From assembly GCA_963802945.1 (NCBI GenBank), contig CAWDKY010000015.1, forward strand, positions 1-64,000: DNA of 64,000 bases. Direction: 5' to 3'. The DNA comes from an uncultured delta proteobacterium. GTDB taxonomy: Bacteria > Desulfobacterota > RBG-13-43-22. How positions within the stretch are numbered: position 1 is the first letter of the stretch; the number at the start of each line of letters is the position of its first letter. The notes under the pieces are model-generated. The model worked only from the letters and a program-made list of their open reading frames with translations. It did not search any database and had not been told where the DNA came from. Below are positions 59,797 to 64,000 of the stretch, in pieces. Both the position numbers and the translations under genes were made by a program.

Positions 59797-61257
59797 ATGA
59801 CTAAAAACACTCTGTTCGACGTTGCCATTATCGGCGGCGGTGTTGTCGGTTGTTCCATCGCTCGAGAGCTGTCTCGTTTCCATTTGCGCGTGGTGCTGTT
59901 GGAGTTGCACGAAGAGGTGGGGTTCGGCACGAGCAAAACCAATAGCGGTATTATTCACGCCGGACATCACGACAGCCCCGCGACCTTAAAGGGCCAACTG
60001 GTGGTTAGAGGAAACGCTCTGTTCGACGAATTGGCCCACGACCTCCAATTCGGGTTTCGGCGCTCTGGAGAGCTCCTGGTGGCCAAGGACGAGTCCGAAA
60101 TTCCGATTTTGAAACAGCTCGAAGAGCAGGGTAAAGCCAAGGGCGTTCCAGGGCTTGAGATATGGGACCGCGAACGCCTTCTTAAAGAAGAGCCCAACCT
60201 CTCCCATAAATTGGCGGCCGCGCTGCACGCGCCTTCCGCCGCAGTCATCAATCCCTATGAGTTCGTGTACGCGCTCATGGAAAATGCGCGGGTAAACGGG
60301 GTACAGCTTTTGGTGAACAGTCCGGTTACCGGAATCGAGTGTCTCGATAGGGTGCTCCGGCTGCAGACGCCCAACCAAGCGGTGACGGCGAAGTACGTGC
60401 TCAACTGCGCCGGGGTATTCGCGGATCAAATCGCGGCCATGGCTGATGCCAAGGGATTTTCCATTCGTCCTCGAAAGGGCGAAGAATATATGCTGGACAA
60501 GCGGCTTCACGGCCTTGTACGCCGGATCATCTTCCCCGTCCCGAGCAAGAATACCAAGGGCATTCTGATCATCCCGACCTACGACGGCACCATCATGGTC
60601 GGTCCCACGGCCGAGGATACGGACGACCGGTTTGACCTATCAACCACTGATAAGGGGGCCGAGCAGGTCTTTTCGGCTATCAGACAAATCTGCCCGAGCA
60701 TTACCGCGCGCGATACGATTACCGAGTTTGCGGGCTTGAGAGCGGTGGCCAACACGAACGATTTTGTGATTGGGCCGGCAGGATTTGACGGTTTTATCAA
60801 TGTAGCCGGCATCCAGTCGCCGGGGTTGACCAGCGCGCCCGCTATCGCCGAATACGTCCGCGACCTGCTTCGGGACCGCGGCCTCGAGCTCAACGAGCGT
60901 CAGGACTTCAAACCACGGGAGTCCGGACTTTCGAGGTTTGCCGCCATGAGCGTCGAGGAACAAGCCGAGGCCATCGCCAGAGACCGCCACTTCGCTAGGG
61001 TAGTTTGCCGGTGCGAGTTGGTGACCGAGGCCGAGATCAATCAGGCGGTCGACCATGGTGCCAGAACGTTGGACGGAATCAAGTTCCGCACTCGGGCGGG
61101 CATGGGACGCTGTCAGGGCGGTTTCTGCACCACACGATGCATGGATATCCTGTCCAGACGATTGATGATACCTATGCACCAGGTGACAAAAAGGGGCGGT
61201 GATTCCTGGATCGTTACCGAGATGTCGGGACCGCAGCATCCCGAGGAGAAGGAATAA
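59797..61257 (+). CDS. FAD-dependent oxidoreductase with C-terminal BFD-like [2Fe-2S] domain (GlpA/LhgO-like)
   Basis: IIGGGVVG, GTSKTNSGIIHAG, PRKGEE, AGIQSPGLTSAPA, VCRCE, RTRAGMGRCQGGFC. Confidence 0.88.
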   Translation: MTKNTLFDVAIIGGGVVGCSIARELSRFHLRVVLLELHEEVGFGTSKTNSGIIHAGHHDSPATLKGQLVVRGNALFDELAHDLQFGFRRSGELLVAKDESEIPILKQLEEQGKAKGVPGLEIWDRERLLKEEPNLSHKLAAALHAPSAAVINPYEFVYALMENARVNGVQLLVNSPVTGIECLDRVLRLQTPNQAVTAKYVLNCAGVFADQIAAMADAKGFSIRPRKGEEYMLDKRLHGLVRRIIFPVPSKNTKGILIIPTYDGTIMVGPTAEDTDDRFDLSTTDKGAEQVFSAIRQICPSITARDTITEFAGLRAVANTNDFVIGPAGFDGFINVAGIQSPGLTSAPAIAEYVRDLLRDRGLELNERQDFKPRESGLSRFAAMSVEEQAEAIARDRHFARVVCRCELVTEAEINQAVDHGARTLDGIKFRTRAGMGRCQGGFCTTRCMDILSRRLMIPMHQVTKRGGDSWIVTEMSGPQHPEEKE

Positions 61258-62550
61258 ATGTTAGACCGCATTCGTGAGCGATACGATGTCGTAGTCGTTG
61301 GCGGAGGGCCGGCTGGAATGGGCGCGGCTTTCGGCGCGAGAGACTCGGGTGCCCAGCGGATTCTGATTTTAGATAGAGAGCCGGAGGCCGGCGGAATTCT
61401 CAATCAATGTATCCATTCGGGTTTTGGTCTGCATTACTTCAAAGAGGAACTCACGGGTCCGGAGTATGCCGAGAGGTTTCTATCCAGGGTTCTAGAGCAT
61501 GATGTGGACATCGGTTGCAGTTGCTATGTGTCCGGGATAGGTATCGATTCGGACGGCACCAAGAGTGTCCGAGTGATGAGCGAAGAGCGGGGGCTGGTAA
61601 CCGTGGAGACCCGTTCCGTGGTCTTGTCCATGGGCTGCCGCGAACGTACCAGAGGTTCCATCCGCATACCCGGTTCACGCCCGGCAGGGGTGATTACCGC
61701 CGGCTCGGCCCAAAAGTTCGTCAATAGGCTCGGCTATTTGCCGGGCAAGCGAATCGTTATCCTCGGGTCCGGCGATATCGGTCTCATCATGGCGCGACGG
61801 CTTATTTTAGAGGGCTGTGAGGTAGCGGGCGTCTTCGAAATCATGCCTTACTCAAACGGGCTCACTCGAAACGTGGTCCAATGCTTAAACGATTTCGGCA
61901 TCCCGCTTCACCTTTCGACTACGGTGACCAAAATCCACGGCCGCGATCGAGTCGAGCATGTAACTGTGGCTCCGGTCGATGAAAAGTTTGTTCCCTATAC
62001 GGATCGAAGCTGGGACGTGCCCTGCGATACGCTCATGATGTCCGTTGGGCTTATCCCGGAGAACGAGCTTTCGCTCAGTCTGGGCATTCACCTTGACGAG
62101 ATAACAAACGGTCCGAAAGTGTCGAGCACGCTTGAGACTAGCATGCCGGGAGTATTCGCCTGCGGTAACGTGCTACATGTACACGATATAGTTGATTACG
62201 TGACTCAGGAATCGCTTTTGGCCGGGCAGTTTTCAGGCGAATGGGCGCAGGGTATCCGAAGACCTCGGGATAATATTCAACTGGTCGCCGGAGACAATGT
62301 CCGTTACTGTGTCCCTCATACCCTCAGCCCCGAACGAGAGCATACCCTTTATATGCGGTGCAAAAAGGCGATGAAGCCGTGCATCCTTCGAGTGGGAAAT
62401 CTCATGGAGAAAAAACTCCGTTTTGTGGTGCCGGCCGAGATGATTATGCTCAAGCTCAAACCGGATATTCTTGAGGAGTTTCACGGAGAAGCCTTGCGGA
62501 TCGATATCGTTCCGGCGGAGGGCCCTGACGTTGGAGGTATCGATGATTGA
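61258..62550 (+). CDS. NAD(P)/FAD-dependent oxidoreductase
   Basis: [49 protein letters not shown]. Confidence 0.88.
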   Translation: MLDRIRERYDVVVVGGGPAGMGAAFGARDSGAQRILILDREPEAGGILNQCIHSGFGLHYFKEELTGPEYAERFLSRVLEHDVDIGCSCYVSGIGIDSDGTKSVRVMSEERGLVTVETRSVVLSMGCRERTRGSIRIPGSRPAGVITAGSAQKFVNRLGYLPGKRIVILGSGDIGLIMARRLILEGCEVAGVFEIMPYSNGLTRNVVQCLNDFGIPLHLSTTVTKIHGRDRVEHVTVAPVDEKFVPYTDRSWDVPCDTLMMSVGLIPENELSLSLGIHLDEITNGPKVSSTLETSMPGVFACGNVLHVHDIVDYVTQESLLAGQFSGEWAQGIRRPRDNIQLVAGDNVRYCVPHTLSPEREHTLYMRCKKAMKPCILRVGNLMEKKLRFVVPAEMIMLKLKPDILEEFHGEALRIDIVPAEGPDVGGIDD

Positions 62551-62920
62551 AACCGCGGAGTTCACTTGCATCCGCTGTCCCATGGGTTGTCCGCTGCGGT
62601 TGGAACACGAGGGCAAAAAAATCATCGAGGTATCGGGCAATCAGTGTCAGAGAGGCGCGAAGTACGCCCAACAGGAATTCACCGAGCCTGAGCGAGGGTT
62701 GAGCACCACGGTGGCTATCTCCAACGGCCAATGGGACCGCCTCCCGGTAAAAACAAGTATCCCGGTTCATAAGAACAAGGTATTAGAGGCCGCGCGAGAA
62801 ATCCACAGATTGGGTCGCGTACACGCGCCTATTGAGATAGGACAAGTGCTGATCAAAGACCTACTTGGAGAGCCCGGTCTTGACGTCGTGGCGACGCGGT
62901 CTATTGCCTTACGGAAATAA
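62543..62920 (+). CDS. DUF1667 CxxC-motif protein
   Basis: [19 protein letters not shown]...P.R, LPVKT; the usual third gene of this operon type. Confidence 0.82.
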   Translation: MIETAEFTCIRCPMGCPLRLEHEGKKIIEVSGNQCQRGAKYAQQEFTEPERGLSTTVAISNGQWDRLPVKTSIPVHKNKVLEAAREIHRLGRVHAPIEIGQVLIKDLLGEPGLDVVATRSIALRK

Positions 62921-63009
62921 ACAGGATCGCCTGTCTCACGAAATGTATATTCGGGGAGTACCAGTTATTTCACAAATCTTCTTCCTTATCCTGCCTAAGC
63001 AAATATACT

Positions 63010-63717
63010 CTATTCCACGAGTTCAGATAGGTCATGGATAATCCTGTCCGGGATGATGTTCGCTGAAGTGGGAAGCCCTTGTCTTGAAAAATCATTCCAG
63101 ATGCTAAAAATACCCAGTTTTTGCGGGGCCCCCACATCAAATTCTAGATTGTCCCCCACAGCCCAGACTTCATCCGGACCAAGTTCCAACTCGCTCATCG
63201 CCCGCCGGTAAACCTCTTCCTCAGGCTTTCCATATCCCATTTCTCCCTCAATAAGAATGCTCTTAAAAAACCTTTCCAGATTAAAGCGCTTAACCTTATT
63301 TCTTTGTTTTCGGGCTTCGCCGTTGGTCATCAAGGCTAAAAAAATATTTTGGCCAGTCAAATAGTCAAGGGTCTCCTCGGCCTTTTCAAAGAGATAAATC
63401 GCTTCCTCTCTTTGGACGGAAAAGGCATCGGCAATTTCCCGGGCCAAGGAAAGATCGTTTATACCTAATCCCCTAAAGGCCTGTAGGACTATCAACCTTC
63501 GGGCACTGTTGAGATCTCGGCGGCCGGTTTTATGGCGTTCTCTGTCTGACCAGTACCACCTGCTTACTTTTTGGATCTCCTGGAAAAGTTGGTTCGGGGT
63601 TACGGAATCTATTTGACCGGCAAAATCGACACAGACCTTTCTCCAGGTCGGTTCAGCTACCGAAGAGTAGGAAATGATCGTATCATCCAGATCTATTAAT
63701 ATTCCTTTAGGAAGCAT
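63010..63717 (-). CDS. HAD family hydrolase
   Basis: DLDDT, TNG, KP, VGDN...DV. True start is probably ATG 63717, because the upstream extension lies in a repeat. Confidence 0.88.
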   Translation of the reverse strand: MLPKGILIDLDDTIISYSSVAEPTWRKVCVDFAGQIDSVTPNQLFQEIQKVSRWYWSDRERHKTGRRDLNSARRLIVLQAFRGLGINDLSLAREIADAFSVQREEAIYLFEKAEETLDYLTGQNIFLALMTNGEARKQRNKVKRFNLERFFKSILIEGEMGYGKPEEEVYRRAMSELELGPDEVWAVGDNLEFDVGAPQKLGIFSIWNDFSRQGLPTSANIIPDRIIHDLSELVE

Positions 63718-63721
63718 ATCG

Positions 63722-63905
63722 TGACAGTTTCGTAAAAAGTCCTTCTGTCCCGGGCTTCGCGGGACTGCGCTGCACCCTGCCCTGTCCTTCGCCGTGCCAG
63801 GTTTATTGCGGCCTGCTTCTTGGTACGCCTTTTTCCTCACGTTTGGCGCGCCTGGCATCTATGCCTATTTATTGTGCCGCTCCTTTCGATGACTTTTTAC
63901 AAGTG
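63722..63905. repeat. MITE-like element with terminal inverted repeats
   Basis: TTTCGTAAAAAGTC ... GACTTTTTACAAG. Related ends flank the palindromic repeats at about 36993-37130 and 38425-38581. Confidence 0.55.
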
Positions 63906-64000
63906 CTTTTGCTATGATCTCTAAGATAAGCTTTTTGATATTGACAGAAAATAATGAGGCGGCTATAATTTGTCAAATTAATAATTATTATATTATTTAT

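Noticed and set aside
63718-63858. N-terminal extension of the HAD hydrolase in the ORF track
   Set aside because: It lies inside a MITE-like repeat; the HAD motif starts right after ATG 63717.
1-64000. CRISPR array, tRNA or rRNA genes
   Set aside because: I saw no regularly spaced 25-40 bp direct repeats with unique spacers and no recognisable tRNA or rRNA sequence.

Overview
Chromosomal window from a strictly anaerobic, probably Desulfobacterota (deltaproteobacterial) aromatic-degrading organism. Core and metabolic content: the 5' end of smc, acyl-CoA/redox enzymes, a LeuC/LeuD-like hydratase plus ICL-family lyase, and a tungsten class II benzoyl-CoA reductase operon (bamB-C-D-E-F-like) with two in-frame selenocysteine UGA codons. 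About 10 kb downstream lie the ATPase (bzdP/bzdQ-like) and ferredoxin genes of a class I benzoyl-CoA reductase, without its catalytic subunits. Two accessory regions stand out. (1) At about 10.6-21.4 kb: integron-type attC sites with no integrase, a group IIC intron remnant, HEPN-like cassettes, a tandem-DCD-domain nuclease and a duplicated GIY-YIG gene. (2) At about 42.8-52.7 kb: a defence-like island encoding a PLD-SNF2 helicase, a type IIG-like methyltransferase, DUF3800, a DprA-like protein and an ImmA/XRE pair. The best candidate for an undescribed system is the DUF3800 gene followed by two different, structured ~90-nt RNAs on the opposite strand, each with its own promoter and U-tract. 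Several single-base frameshifts in otherwise intact genes may be sequencing errors. All family assignments come from motif recognition by eye, with no database searches.
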